64,000 nt of DNA from Kosmotogaceae bacterium (GCA_003444085.1 DLVL01000009.1:4930-68929); one strand, 5' to 3'; counted from the stretch's first letter, positions 1-9,896 are shown. The notes: generated by a model from the sequence alone, not told the origin. Made by a program: numbers and translations.

Positions 1-208
1 TAAGGGCAGTCCCAACGTGAATGTTGCCATTTGCGTACGGCGGACCGTCATGAAGTATGAAATCAGGAGATCCAGTTCTTCTGGCCTGCACATATCTGTA
101 TAGGTCCATAGATTCCCATTGCTTGAGTTGCTCCGGCTCTCTTTCAGCAAGGCGAGCTCGCATTGAGAAGTCTGTGCTCGGAAGATTGAGCGTGTCTTTA
201 TAGTCCAT
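1..208 (-). CDS. ileS: isoleucyl-tRNA synthetase, N-terminal fragment (gene runs off the left edge)
   Basis: Own minus-strand translation from ATG at 208: [69 protein letters not shown]. This is a typical IleRS N-terminus with the class I HIGH-region ([11 protein letters not shown]). SD GGAGG lies 7 nt upstream (rc of 211-220). Too short for the ORF track. Confidence 0.85.
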   Translation of the reverse strand, partial: MDYKDTLNLPSTDFSMRARLAEREPEQLKQWESMDLYRYVQARRTGSPDFILHDGPPYANGNIHVGTAL

Positions 209-220
209 TGAAAACCTCCA

Positions 221-580
221 TCATGATCTTAAGAGATCTCTGATCTTGTTCTTAAGCTCGGACAAGTCCATTGATTTGACCACATATTCATCCGCGGCCC
301 AGGAAGAAAGATCTTGCTTGTAATGCGTGTATGCAGTCAAAAGAATTATCTTAACGTCAGGAACGGTTTTCCTCATTCTGCCAGCAAGCTCGAGTCCGCT
401 CATGCCCGGCATTTCAATGTCAATCGTCATCAGATCAATGTCTCCCTCTGACTCGAAGACTTTGATGGCTTCTTCGGCATCAGACACTGCCAGAACATTA
501 TAACCTTCTTCGACAAGCTCTTCTTCCAGAAGCAGACGCATATTCTGTTCATCTTCAACGATTAGTATCTTGTGCTTCAC
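221..580 (-). CDS. single-domain response regulator (CheY-like receiver, no output domain)
   Basis: Receiver motifs are present: KILIVEDEQNMRLLL, DLMTIDIEMPGMSGLEL, KIILLTAY. The track ORF 221..772 extends into the kinase gene. I prefer GTG at 580, preceded by GGAGGA with a 7-nt spacer. ATG at 604 is the alternative start. Confidence 0.85.
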   Translation of the reverse strand: MKHKILIVEDEQNMRLLLEEELVEEGYNVLAVSDAEEAIKVFESEGDIDLMTIDIEMPGMSGLELAGRMRKTVPDVKIILLTAYTHYKQDLSSWAADEYVVKSMDLSELKNKIRDLLRS

Positions 581-3287
581 CGCGATTCCTCCTATGTATT
601 TCATCTCTCTTTTTTGGCAGAGCCACCCTAAAAGATGTTCCTTTGTCATCACTTGTGGCAGCAATTTCGCCTCCATGTTCTTCAACGATCTTCCTGCAAA
701 TGGGTAGTCCCAATCCGGTTCCCAGGGTTTTTGTTGTGAAGAACGGTTCGAAGATCCGTTTGAGAGTTTCATCGGGTATCTTCACACCGCTGTTAGAGAC
801 AATCAATTCCACAGTGTCATTGTCGCTGAATATTCTTATTGTAACAGGCTTATGCGAATCTGTAGCCTCGATCGCATTTTGTATCAGGTTAATTATAACC
901 TGCTTGATTCTGTTCTTGTCAGCCGATATGCTGAGATTGCCGTCAGACACATCCATTTGAAGATTGACCTCTCTATTGGAAGCTTGGTCATCAAAACTCC
1001 TCACAACATCCTTGACCAGCTGGGCAAGGTCAAATTCCTCTGGCTTAACGGGTTTCCTTGACCTTGCAAACTCCAGTATCTCTTCCACTATTTCTTCCAG
1101 ACGTCTTACCTCATCTTTGAGGATATTGCTGTAATCCTTGACTTTATCAAGAGTTTGCGTTCGGGACATGCGATTAACAAATCCTCCGATTATCGTTATC
1201 GGGTTTCTTATCTCATGTGCAACTCTTGCTGATATCTCGCCCAGTGTAGCAAGCTTCTCCTGTCTCTGAAGCTCTTCTTCTGTTTCGACCCTTCTTGTGA
1301 CATCATCAAGGGCCAGAATGGCACCATCAACTCTACCAGACTCATCATCAATTAGAGGACTGAGTCGCACGTCAAAATAGCGGTTCTTGAAATACTCCAG
1401 ACTCTGCTCTGTTAGTGTCATGGTCTCGCCGCTATCGAGGACTTCGCTCAGAAGATCGGTCAGTCCCGAGAGCTTCTTGGAGAATATTCTCACGTTTTCA
1501 CCAAGAAATTCTTCTCGTCTTACACCAAGCAGGTTCTCTGCGGTCCTGTTGATTTCGGTAATCTCCTCTCTGGTGTTACAAACAATGATCGCAGTCTCCA
1601 ACGACTGCAGAATACTAACAACAAATGCTCTCAAGTAGTTAGAACGATCCTTTTCGTGTTCCAGAGATTGTGAAGTTCTTACAAGCTCACTGTAGCTCTC
1701 CGTCAACTCCAGGGATGTCCCACAGGAATCCGTGAGCAGTCCCAGAAGCTCAATATCTGAAGAGCGAATAGGAGCTTGTGTTATATGATTCTCAACCAGT
1801 ATCACGCCCAGTACGTCCTTCTCTCCAGCAACGGGTGTCACCACGAACTCTTTTGACTTCATTATTCGATTGAGCTGAAAGAGATCCTCAAAACGATGGC
1901 TTTGCATTTCGGGCGTAACATGGAGAGTACGATTCCTTATGACAACTCTTTCGAGTAAAGCGTTTCCCTGAAAAGTTATACGTTTGACGTTTGCTCTGTC
2001 GTAGTGAAAATCGCCGGGTTTTTCAAGAGAAGCTTCCAGCAAGAACTGCGAGAAATCTCCATACATAAGCGATGAAGCCTGTTCATCTTCTTTCAGATGA
2101 TTAACCAGATGTGAAGCGTACGGTCTCAAAAAAGGATCATCACTCTTTTTCTGAAGAAAGACAGCTGAATCGAATCCAAGACCCGCAGGACTTGTTATGC
2201 CTAACAGAAGGATTCTCACGATTCTCTCATAATCAAGAGTTATTCTCATGGCATGGCTGATCTTCTGAATCGAGTTAAGCTTCATCAGCTGGTTTTTCTG
2301 GGTGTTTATTAACTCCTCATGCTGTTGCTTGAGTTGCTTGAGTTTTCTCAATTCCAGATCAAGCTTTTTGTTCAGCCTTAACCTGCTTATCGCGACAGAC
2401 ATCCTGTGGCATACTTCATTGAGTGCTTCGAAGTCTTCCTGGTCAAGGTGTTTATATGGTCGAAACTCCGTTTTCGTCTCTTCTCTTGTTGCTGCGACAA
2501 CAACCCCAAACAACGAATCTTCAACCATGACAGGAACCACCGCAAAGGATCCTACGTTGTGGTCCTGGCGGAAAAGTTCGTCTGACAATTTTGATCTCTT
2601 GGCAGATACTTGAAGAGTACCGTCTTCAAACTGCTCAAGTCTGTTGCCAGGTAGTTCGATACGAATTGAGCTAATTGGGTTTTCCCCTTCACCAAGTGCT
2701 ATCTTCAGTTCAAAAGCATTGCCCACACGTTCAAAAAAGAAGATCCATCTGACACGGAGAATATCCTTTGCAATGGCGAGCGTATTGTTCAGTAGTTCAT
2801 CAATACTCTTTCCGGTCTCAAATACCCTTGTGATATCAGCCATGAGCCTTAGGCGACGCACACTTTCCTGCTCCACAGTTCTCACAATCAGATAATCCAG
2901 GAATCGTGAAAGCTTTTCCACTGTCTCGTGCGCCTCAACAGGCAATTCTCCACTTTGCCTCTTCAAGAATAGAAATCCTATGAGTCTCTCTTCCAGTTTC
3001 AGTGGAACAATAACGCCACTCCTTCTTGACAACGATCTGTTCAGCCTGACAGTGAGTCTGGCATACTGAGGAGTATCAATGCTTTCAAGAGAAATATCGT
3101 TATTGTCAGAGACAAGAACCTCACATGACCGCTGACTCTTCCTAATCCTCAATTCTCGAAATAACTTCCTGTAAGGCTCGTACATGAAAACCGTGACCTT
3201 GCTCTCTGTCTGACGTTCAATCTGAGCAATCAGGTCACTTAAGATGATGTCAGGGGCACCGTAAAGAAGCTCAGGAAGTCTTTCCAT
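555..3287 (-). CDS. cytoplasmic sensor histidine kinase with GAF-like repeats and a PAS segment
   Basis: 910-aa ORF. HisKA H-box ARVAHEIRNPITIIGGF and HATPase_c boxes LIQNAIEAT and GTGLGLPICRKIVEEHGGEI are present. A PAS-like stretch is AIIVCNTREEITEINRTAENLLG. The long N-terminal region looks GAF-like. No TM helix is evident. Confidence 0.9.
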   Translation of the reverse strand: MERLPELLYGAPDIILSDLIAQIERQTESKVTVFMYEPYRKLFRELRIRKSQRSCEVLVSDNNDISLESIDTPQYARLTVRLNRSLSRRSGVIVPLKLEERLIGFLFLKRQSGELPVEAHETVEKLSRFLDYLIVRTVEQESVRRLRLMADITRVFETGKSIDELLNNTLAIAKDILRVRWIFFFERVGNAFELKIALGEGENPISSIRIELPGNRLEQFEDGTLQVSAKRSKLSDELFRQDHNVGSFAVVPVMVEDSLFGVVVAATREETKTEFRPYKHLDQEDFEALNEVCHRMSVAISRLRLNKKLDLELRKLKQLKQQHEELINTQKNQLMKLNSIQKISHAMRITLDYERIVRILLLGITSPAGLGFDSAVFLQKKSDDPFLRPYASHLVNHLKEDEQASSLMYGDFSQFLLEASLEKPGDFHYDRANVKRITFQGNALLERVVIRNRTLHVTPEMQSHRFEDLFQLNRIMKSKEFVVTPVAGEKDVLGVILVENHITQAPIRSSDIELLGLLTDSCGTSLELTESYSELVRTSQSLEHEKDRSNYLRAFVVSILQSLETAIIVCNTREEITEINRTAENLLGVRREEFLGENVRIFSKKLSGLTDLLSEVLDSGETMTLTEQSLEYFKNRYFDVRLSPLIDDESGRVDGAILALDDVTRRVETEEELQRQEKLATLGEISARVAHEIRNPITIIGGFVNRMSRTQTLDKVKDYSNILKDEVRRLEEIVEEILEFARSRKPVKPEEFDLAQLVKDVVRSFDDQASNREVNLQMDVSDGNLSISADKNRIKQVIINLIQNAIEATDSHKPVTIRIFSDNDTVELIVSNSGVKIPDETLKRIFEPFFTTKTLGTGLGLPICRKIVEEHGGEIAATSDDKGTSFRVALPKKRDEIHRRNRGEAQDTNR

Positions 3288-3767
3288 TTAATCACCATTC
3301 AACGGGATTATCCCCGAAAAGGTCTGCAAGATTCTGTCGGGATGTGTTCCTTTCCAATAAACCTTACCACAAGCTGGGCACTGCAGAAAGTGATTGTGGG
3401 TAAACAGTACATATTGTGGAACAAGCAATATGACTTCATCAGGAGACCGTCGTGTAAGAAGAGCGTTGCAGTCTGCACATCTAGTGAAGGGTTTGATGTC
3501 AGTAGAACGTATATCAAAACGCATCACAACAGCCTTCAGTTGTCCTCTCCAATCATTAGACTTGAGAAGAAAGCTTTCGACTCCTCTTCTTAACGCCTTT
3601 GCATGGAGTTCACGGTGTCTTGTCAGAAGAGTAAGGCTTTCCATTTCTGCTGTCTTCAGTACTTCAGCAGGTGAATAGTATCTTTCGTATCTGGTATCGA
3701 TTCCGAGAAGGCGTAGCTTCCTGCTCAGTTTCCCCAGCATTCTGTCAGCAACGAATCTATGTCTCAT
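3288..3767 (-). CDS. Mut7-C RNase domain protein (PIN-like nuclease plus C-terminal zinc ribbon, DUF82 family)
   Basis: The N-terminus RFVADRMLGKLSRKLRLLGIDT is the family signature. The C-terminus has CADCN...CPACGKVYWKGTH (zinc ribbon). Start moved to ATG 3767 (SD GAGGTG 7 nt upstream). The stop TAA abuts the kinase ATG. Confidence 0.75.
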   Translation of the reverse strand: MRHRFVADRMLGKLSRKLRLLGIDTRYERYYSPAEVLKTAEMESLTLLTRHRELHAKALRRGVESFLLKSNDWRGQLKAVVMRFDIRSTDIKPFTRCADCNALLTRRSPDEVILLVPQYVLFTHNHFLQCPACGKVYWKGTHPDRILQTFSGIIPLNGD

Positions 3768-4335
3768 CTCTTCGCACCTCAAGAAACACAAGGTTAACAC
3801 CTGAATAACTCTTGTTCCTGGTTAGAACGAAATCAGAAGATTCAAGACAAGTAGTAAACTCAGCAAGATACTCTCCAGAAGTCTCAATGACAATTAGCGA
3901 GTCTCGCAGGTAATCGACAAACTTCCCAAAGTTCTTCACCAGATCCGAGAAAAAACCCTTCTCAAAAGGAGGATCGGCAAAGATCACATCAAAAGACTGA
4001 GAAGATGTAGCGAAAGACTTCAATGCTCTTCGGAAATCAGTACATACGATTCTTATCTCATCAGAGGCAATTCCAAGAGAATCACGATTACTCTTGATTA
4101 CAGAGCACGCTGATCTGGACACTTCAACCGGGACAGCAAGACTTGCTTGCCTGCTCAAAGCTTCAAGAGACATGATACCGCTGCCGGCGAAGAGATCGAG
4201 AAAAGTTCGTCCGGTGATGTCAATCATATCAAAGAAAGCCCTGCGAGCCAGGGCCGGAGTGTACCTTGTCTTGTGTGAAGAAAGTGTTCTGACGTGCCTG
4301 CCCTTGAACCTCCCGCCTGTAATCGTCAGCATCAT
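3757..4335 (-). CDS. rsmD: 16S rRNA (guanine966-N2)-methyltransferase RsmD
   Basis: ITGGRFKGRHV, SAM motif DLFAGSGIMSLEALSR and catalytic FADPPF are present. It has a 4-nt ATGA overlap with the recG stop. Confidence 0.85.
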   Translation of the reverse strand: MMLTITGGRFKGRHVRTLSSHKTRYTPALARRAFFDMIDITGRTFLDLFAGSGIMSLEALSRQASLAVPVEVSRSACSVIKSNRDSLGIASDEIRIVCTDFRRALKSFATSSQSFDVIFADPPFEKGFFSDLVKNFGKFVDYLRDSLIVIETSGEYLAEFTTCLESSDFVLTRNKSYSGVNLVFLEVRRDET

Positions 4336-6689
4336 CCAACCTCAACAAGCGTTAGTTCCTGGCCGAAACGCCTTTCTATTTCATCAGCGATAGGTTGATG
4401 TTCGCTCAGTTCAGGGTCTTTTGAGAGTAACTCCATAGCGTCGCGTCTGGCCATGACCAGAAGATCAGAATGCTCAACAACATCCGCAAATCTGAAATTC
4501 GGAATACCATGCTGCCTGAATCCGAAAAACTCTCCTGGGCCTCGAAGCCTGAGGTCCAGTTCTGCAACCTTGAAGCCATCAGACGTTGCTGCAAAGGAAC
4601 TCAAACGATCCCTAATTTCATCTGAGACACCAGTCCGCTGTACGAGTATGCAATATGACTTTATTGAACTCCTTCCGACTCGCCCTCTTAACTGGTGCAG
4701 CTGAGCAAGACCGAAACGTTCGGGGTGCTCTATCACAAGGAGCGTTGCATCAGGAATATCTACACCAACTTCCACTACACTGGTTGTGACAAGTATCATT
4801 GTCTCTTTGGCGCGGAATCGTTCCATCACCGCCATCTTATCCTCAAGAGCAAGTCTGCCATGGAGAAGCTCAATCGGAATATCAGGAAAGACTCTCTTGA
4901 GGTTCTCAGCCTCATCTTTTGCTGCCTTAAGATCGACTTTCTCAGATTCTTCGATTATCGGATAGACAATGAATGCCTGATGCCCCAATCTGATTTCATC
5001 TCTGATAAGGGAATAAAGCTGCTCTATTCTTGACTCGTTTATTAGCAGCGTTCTTACAGGAGTTCTCCCGGCGGGGAGTTCATTAATACAAGACACATCA
5101 AGATCTCCGTATATTGTAAGTGCCAGTGTTCGCGGTATGGGCGTGGCGGTCATAACCAGGGTGTCAACGAGCGAACCTTTGAAAATCAAGGTCTCTCTTT
5201 GCTTCACTCCAAAACGATGTTGTTCATCAATTACAACTAACCCCAGATCCTTGAAAGATACACTCTCCTGTATAAGCGCATGTGTTCCTACAACCACATC
5301 TATCTCTCCAGATGCGATTTCCTTCTTCAGTTTATCCGAAGCGCTTTTCCTGGAAAGACTCACGAGCAAACCTACACGAATCCCAAGCGGTTCGAGATGC
5401 CCCTTGAGGCGTTCATATTGCTGAACAGCAAGAATGGCGGTAGGAACCATTACAGCACTCTGAAATCCCGCTTCAAAAGCGTCAACTATTGCCAGCTCTG
5501 CAACAATAGTCTTTCCGGAACCTACGTCGCCTTGGAGAAGACGTGTCATGGGAAGATCTGATTTCAGGTCTTCTCGGATCTCTTCTGTTACTCTTTTCTG
5601 TTCAGCTGTCAATTTGAATGGGAGAGAGTCAACCAGACGCTGGGCCAGCACCCCGTCAAAGTCTTTTCTTACTCCGCGGTGCCTCTGTTGTAACTGGTGT
5701 CGATTACGGAGAATGCCGACTTCAAAGAGAAACAGCTCTTCGTATGAAAGCCTTCGCTTTGCCTGTCTCAACTCAAAGTAACTCCTGGGGAAGTGAACAG
5801 CATATAGCGAATGATTCTTCTGAAATAGCATTCTCTTCTGAATCAGGTCTTCTGGAAGAGGTTCGGGGATGTGCTTCGCAACAGATATGTTCTTACGAAA
5901 TATGCGCCTCATAATCTTCTGCGAGACCCCGGAAGGAAGACTATAGACTGGCACGATCTCACGTTGAACACCGGAAACTACCGGCTCAAACTCAGGATTG
6001 TTGAACTCCAGGGGACCAAAAGGCGTTGGCTTCCCTACACCACTTACGAGATACTCCCTGTTAGAAATGAGCTTCTCAGCAATATAGGGTTGGTTGAACC
6101 ACTTGACCAGAATCTGACCAAAACCGTCTGTCAATACAGCGGTAACAATATGCATGTCTTTGGCTTTCCTGCTTTCATGGTTCACCAGCTTTCCCTTGAA
6201 TGTACACCTGTCCCCAGGTAAGACTTCAGAAACCGAAAGGATCTGTCGTCTATCGTCGTAGTCTCTAGGCAAATAGTAGACAAGGTCTTCGATTTTCTGA
6301 ACCCCCTGCTCTTTGAGGACTCTTGATCTTCTTTCACCCACGCCCTTTGCGAATTTAACATCAGCTTCGGGATTCGGGGCATGTTCGAAGATCCTGGAGA
6401 GCTCTTCTTCTCTTGTAACCAGAAAACGCATAGCAAGCTTATGGATGAGTATTCTGTAATTCTTCAACCGACGAAGAGTTCGGGGTTCAGGAAGCGACTG
6501 AGCAGCCGAATAATATGAGATGAACCTGGAAAGGTAATCATGAAGTTCTGGAGAATCAACGAACTCATCCCTTTCTATCTTCGAAGCCATGTCAGTGATT
6601 TTGGAAACGAGTTCCTTCATCGAATCATTCTCCAGATCGAAATGAGAGAACAGGTTCTCTACAGATGTGAGAAAGTCTTCAAGTAGCAT
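4332..6689 (-). CDS. recG: ATP-dependent DNA helicase RecG (long N-terminal extension, as in Thermotoga RecG)
   Basis: 785 aa. Walker A GDVGSGKT, DEQH box (VIDEQHRFGV) and helicase C motifs (QLRGRVGR) are present, plus a wedge/OB region. Confidence 0.92.
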   Translation of the reverse strand: MLLEDFLTSVENLFSHFDLENDSMKELVSKITDMASKIERDEFVDSPELHDYLSRFISYYSAAQSLPEPRTLRRLKNYRILIHKLAMRFLVTREEELSRIFEHAPNPEADVKFAKGVGERRSRVLKEQGVQKIEDLVYYLPRDYDDRRQILSVSEVLPGDRCTFKGKLVNHESRKAKDMHIVTAVLTDGFGQILVKWFNQPYIAEKLISNREYLVSGVGKPTPFGPLEFNNPEFEPVVSGVQREIVPVYSLPSGVSQKIMRRIFRKNISVAKHIPEPLPEDLIQKRMLFQKNHSLYAVHFPRSYFELRQAKRRLSYEELFLFEVGILRNRHQLQQRHRGVRKDFDGVLAQRLVDSLPFKLTAEQKRVTEEIREDLKSDLPMTRLLQGDVGSGKTIVAELAIVDAFEAGFQSAVMVPTAILAVQQYERLKGHLEPLGIRVGLLVSLSRKSASDKLKKEIASGEIDVVVGTHALIQESVSFKDLGLVVIDEQHRFGVKQRETLIFKGSLVDTLVMTATPIPRTLALTIYGDLDVSCINELPAGRTPVRTLLINESRIEQLYSLIRDEIRLGHQAFIVYPIIEESEKVDLKAAKDEAENLKRVFPDIPIELLHGRLALEDKMAVMERFRAKETMILVTTSVVEVGVDIPDATLLVIEHPERFGLAQLHQLRGRVGRSSIKSYCILVQRTGVSDEIRDRLSSFAATSDGFKVAELDLRLRGPGEFFGFRQHGIPNFRFADVVEHSDLLVMARRDAMELLSKDPELSEHQPIADEIERRFGQELTLVEVG

Positions 6690-6695
6690 AATCGA

Positions 6696-7100
6696 TCAGT
6701 GTGCTCCCGAGATGCAAAGAGCACAGGCATGCACCTCTGATGAATTCTTGTCTTCGAGGCGAACGTACCATACACCACTCTTCTTGAAGCTCTCAATCTC
6801 AAATCCATTGAGCTCAATTTGAAGTGGGATGTCGTGGATGCACGAGAACTCAAGAACAGAGAAGGCAGATTGGCGCGTAAAATCCTTGATCGTTGCATGC
6901 AAGAAGCTATTTGCATTCCTCACAAGAGCAACAGAGAGTACGGTAAGCCTTCCTGATGCGGATGCCACCATCAAAGTGAAAAGAGTTATTATCACAAAGA
7001 GCGTAGCGTTGCCTTTTCTCAGAAACAACGATGAGAATCTCTTCTTGAAGCATCCTCTCAAACGCGTTTTCCTGCTTCTTGTAGTATTATCCGCCTTCAT
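6696..7100 (-). CDS. hypothetical membrane-anchored protein (134 aa)
   Basis: Open frame filling the hpt-recG gap. It has a basic N-terminus, one hydrophobic helix (ATLFVIITLFTLMVASA) and then a soluble part. The ATG at 7100 sits inside the last hpt codons and has no clear SD. No family recognised. Confidence 0.4.
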   Translation of the reverse strand: MKADNTTRSRKTRLRGCFKKRFSSLFLRKGNATLFVIITLFTLMVASASGRLTVLSVALVRNANSFLHATIKDFTRQSAFSVLEFSCIHDIPLQIELNGFEIESFKKSGVWYVRLEDKNSSEVHACALCISGAH

Positions 7101-7629
7101 GTCCGGGAAAGTACCCAACATAAGGAAGATTTCTATAGATCTCAAAATAGTCAAGACCGTAACCGACCACGAAGAGATCTCCGATGCGTTCGCCGACAAA
7201 GTCAATATTCACCATGTGGGGATGGGCGATCTTGTCAAAGAGAGACACTAACTTTACGTCAGCGGGATTCTCTTCCCAAAGCCCATTAAGGATAAACCGC
7301 AACGTATTACCTGTGTCGACAATATCTTCCACAACAAGTATGTGCTTGCCTGAGATCCTTTCGTCTGTCCAGGTCTTCATGACTATCTGTCCGCTTTGAA
7401 CGTTATCAGTATAGCTGCTGACGTGAATGAAACCGTACCTGACCTTCACCTGGAGCCTCTTCATCAGATCACTGAAAAAATGAATAGACCCTTTAAGAAT
7501 GCAAATCGCAGTGATCTCATCTGTGAGATCTCTATAATGGTCATTGATTGCCTTTCCCAAGCGGTCAATGATCCCCTGAAGCTGTGTTTCTGAATAGAGG
7601 ACGCGGAGCTTTGACAAGTCGTAACTCAT
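7087..7629 (-). CDS. hpt: hypoxanthine-guanine phosphoribosyltransferase
   Basis: 180 aa. The PRPP-binding motif ILVVEDIVDTGNTL is present, with the typical Hpt length and N-terminus. Confidence 0.9.
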   Translation of the reverse strand: MSYDLSKLRVLYSETQLQGIIDRLGKAINDHYRDLTDEITAICILKGSIHFFSDLMKRLQVKVRYGFIHVSSYTDNVQSGQIVMKTWTDERISGKHILVVEDIVDTGNTLRFILNGLWEENPADVKLVSLFDKIAHPHMVNIDFVGERIGDLFVVGYGLDYFEIYRNLPYVGYFPGHEGG

Positions 7630-7771
7630 GCCACACCTCCAAAAGCTTTATGAGTATTATATCACCGGCTGCTTTAGATGATTAATGTACGATTATTTGA
7701 GATACAATTAAAGAGCTCACAGTAATCGATGAAGTATAATTGTTCTGATATCGTCGACAAAGGAGTACAGC

Positions 7772-8731
7772 GTGCCAGTTTCCGGTATTCAGTATTTCAT
7801 AGATATCAGAGAAGTAGGTATACCTTTTTTACCCGGTGATCTCTTCGGTGACAAGAGAGATGTTTTTTTGGAAATTGGATTCGGTAGAGGAGAATTCCTG
7901 GAAAACCTCGCCACAACTTTCCCCAATTCCGGCTTCCTGGGCGTAGAGATGTCCTTGACATCTGTGCGAAAGCTTCTCGACCGTATAAGCAGAACAGGGA
8001 TCGAGAATGTGAGAGTCATCTTGGCAGATGCTTCTTTCTTAATCAGACATGTTTTCAGTAGCAGCACATTTGCAGGTATATACATGAATTTCCCGTGTCC
8101 GTGGCCAAAACGGAAGCATGCAAGACACAGGTTATCGAGAGAGATGTTTATCAACGGGGTGGCCCGTGTGCTGACCCCGGGAGGTTTCTTCCAGGTCACA
8201 ACAGACTCTCAAAACTTTCTCGAGGAGGTCGTCACCAGCCTTTCTGAAAGCGCGTGCTTTTCAAAGGCATTGATTGAACGCAATCCTGGTCCTGCAATCG
8301 GAACAAAGTATGAGAAGAAGTGGAAAGCAGAGCAGAGAGATATTTTCAGGATGACTGTTTCAAAAGTGCTTCCTCCGAAAAACTGTGAGACCTTGAGGAG
8401 TGATGAAATGCCACACACGAAGATTCCCAGTTCAGCCTTCTCGCCATCACTATTGCATAAGGTGACAACAGAACCCGTTTCGAAAGAGCAGTTCACGATT
8501 ATCTACAAGTCCATCTATACCTGCACAGATAAGAATGAGTACCTAGTGGATACAGTGACTAATGAGAACGGATTCGAACAGAGGTTCTTCATAAAACTGG
8601 TAGAAGGGCCTGAGGAGTTGCTGATAAAGCTTTTCAGTAGCGGATTACCGTTTCGCACGGAAGCCGTCAAAGCATCAGTCATGGAACTGGCGTTGCTGAT
8701 TCGCGATCATAGCATAAACGGTTTTAAGTAA
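7772..8731 (+). CDS. trmB: tRNA (guanine46-N7)-methyltransferase TrmB with C-terminal extension
   Basis: GTG start at 7772 with SD AGGAG 6 nt upstream. Motifs LEIGFGRGEFL, GVEMS and NFPCPWPKRKHARHRL (TrmB signature) are present. About 110 extra C-terminal residues. Confidence 0.85.
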   Translation: MPVSGIQYFIDIREVGIPFLPGDLFGDKRDVFLEIGFGRGEFLENLATTFPNSGFLGVEMSLTSVRKLLDRISRTGIENVRVILADASFLIRHVFSSSTFAGIYMNFPCPWPKRKHARHRLSREMFINGVARVLTPGGFFQVTTDSQNFLEEVVTSLSESACFSKALIERNPGPAIGTKYEKKWKAEQRDIFRMTVSKVLPPKNCETLRSDEMPHTKIPSSAFSPSLLHKVTTEPVSKEQFTIIYKSIYTCTDKNEYLVDTVTNENGFEQRFFIKLVEGPEELLIKLFSSGLPFRTEAVKASVMELALLIRDHSINGFK

Positions 8732-8912
8732 TGATTCTGGTTATTCTCCATACCACAAACAAAATGATCAGTATGATTGCAGTAAGTTGCAAAACCTTTC
8801 TTCTAAAATGTCTCAAGATAACCACCGCCTGAGAGAATGCTGAGAGGGTTTTATCATGTTGCTCTATGTAGAAGGACTACGGATTATCGGAGTCACCAAG
8901 AGGAGGTAGTTT

Positions 8913-9845
8913 ATGAAAGAGAAACGCTTCTGGTATGAAGGAGATGACGGAAAGAAGATCGCTGCAAGAAAGTGGATCTCTGCTAGTGAAGAGGATCCTG
9001 TGCTGGTGTTTCAGTTTGTTCACGGTCTTGGTGAGCACTCCGCGAGATACGCACAGCTTGCATCGGAAGTAGGTGCCGCTGGAGGTATCGTTTACTCTCA
9101 CGACCATCGAGGTCATGGCTATACAGCAGAAGATGGTCTCCTGGGACATGTCGATGATAACCAGGGTTGGGAGAAGCTTGTTAGTGACACCAGGATTCTA
9201 AGCAATATCATATCCCGGCAACACCCCGCAAGTCCTTTCTTCATAATGGGTCATAGTATGGGCTCATACATAGTGAGGGATCTAATCACGCTTACAGGAA
9301 AGACTTATAGCGGAGTAATACTGAGTGGAACAAGCTCATATAACAATCTTGCTGGTCTCCTCGCTTCTCTAATAATCAAGTCGGAAATCAAGAAGCGTGG
9401 TCTTCGCAGTCCAAGTAAAAAGCTCAGAGACTTGACTTTTGGAAGATACGCCAGAGCCTATCGCCCTTCAAGAACAGATTTTGACTGGTTGTCACGTAAC
9501 GAAGGCAAAGTTGATGACTATGTGTCAGATCCATTCTGCGGTTTCACAGCATCCGCAGCACTCTTCAGGGACTTGAATTACGGGCTCAAACGAATAAACT
9601 CATCAAGATCGGCTAGGCGAGTCCCAGAGTCACTACCAATACTTCTTCTGGCTGGAACTGGTGATCCTGTTGGTGAATTTGGCAAAGGACCACGAAAAGT
9701 CTACTACCTTTACAAACGCGCAGGGTTGAAAGATGTCACTCTGAAACTCTATGACCAATTCAGACACGAAATCTTCAACGAAAAGGATTGCCAGAAACCT
9801 GTAAAGGACATGATGAACTGGGTCTTTGAGCGAATAGGCTGCTAA
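8913..9845 (+). CDS. alpha/beta hydrolase, lysophospholipase / monoacylglycerol lipase-like
   Basis: 310 aa. HGLGEHSARY and the nucleophile elbow GHSMGS are present, with C-terminal D and H positions consistent with this family. SD GAGGAGG upstream. Confidence 0.8.
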   Translation: MKEKRFWYEGDDGKKIAARKWISASEEDPVLVFQFVHGLGEHSARYAQLASEVGAAGGIVYSHDHRGHGYTAEDGLLGHVDDNQGWEKLVSDTRILSNIISRQHPASPFFIMGHSMGSYIVRDLITLTGKTYSGVILSGTSSYNNLAGLLASLIIKSEIKKRGLRSPSKKLRDLTFGRYARAYRPSRTDFDWLSRNEGKVDDYVSDPFCGFTASAALFRDLNYGLKRINSSRSARRVPESLPILLLAGTGDPVGEFGKGPRKVYYLYKRAGLKDVTLKLYDQFRHEIFNEKDCQKPVKDMMNWVFERIGC

Positions 9846-9850
9846 TACAC

Positions 9851-9881
9851 TGACAAAAAACCCGGGGAACAAGTCCCCGGG
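9851..9881 (-). terminator. intrinsic terminator after the ABC substrate-binding protein gene (may also serve the convergent hydrolase gene)
   Basis: Perfect 8-bp stem CCCGGGGA / TCCCCGGG (9861-9868 / 9874-9881) with loop ACAAG. On the minus strand it is followed by TTTTTTGT (rc of 9853-9860). Confidence 0.65.
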
Positions 9882-9896
9882 TATCAGCGGTGTTTT

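Noticed and set aside
221-772. 183-aa version of the response regulator ORF
   Set aside because: The upstream 64 codons overlap the histidine kinase C-terminus in another frame and precede the SD. The receiver domain starts at GTG 580 or ATG 604.
6829-7251. 140-aa plus-strand ORF
   Set aside because: It is antisense to the hpt 3' end and the 134-aa hypothetical gene, with no start signals.
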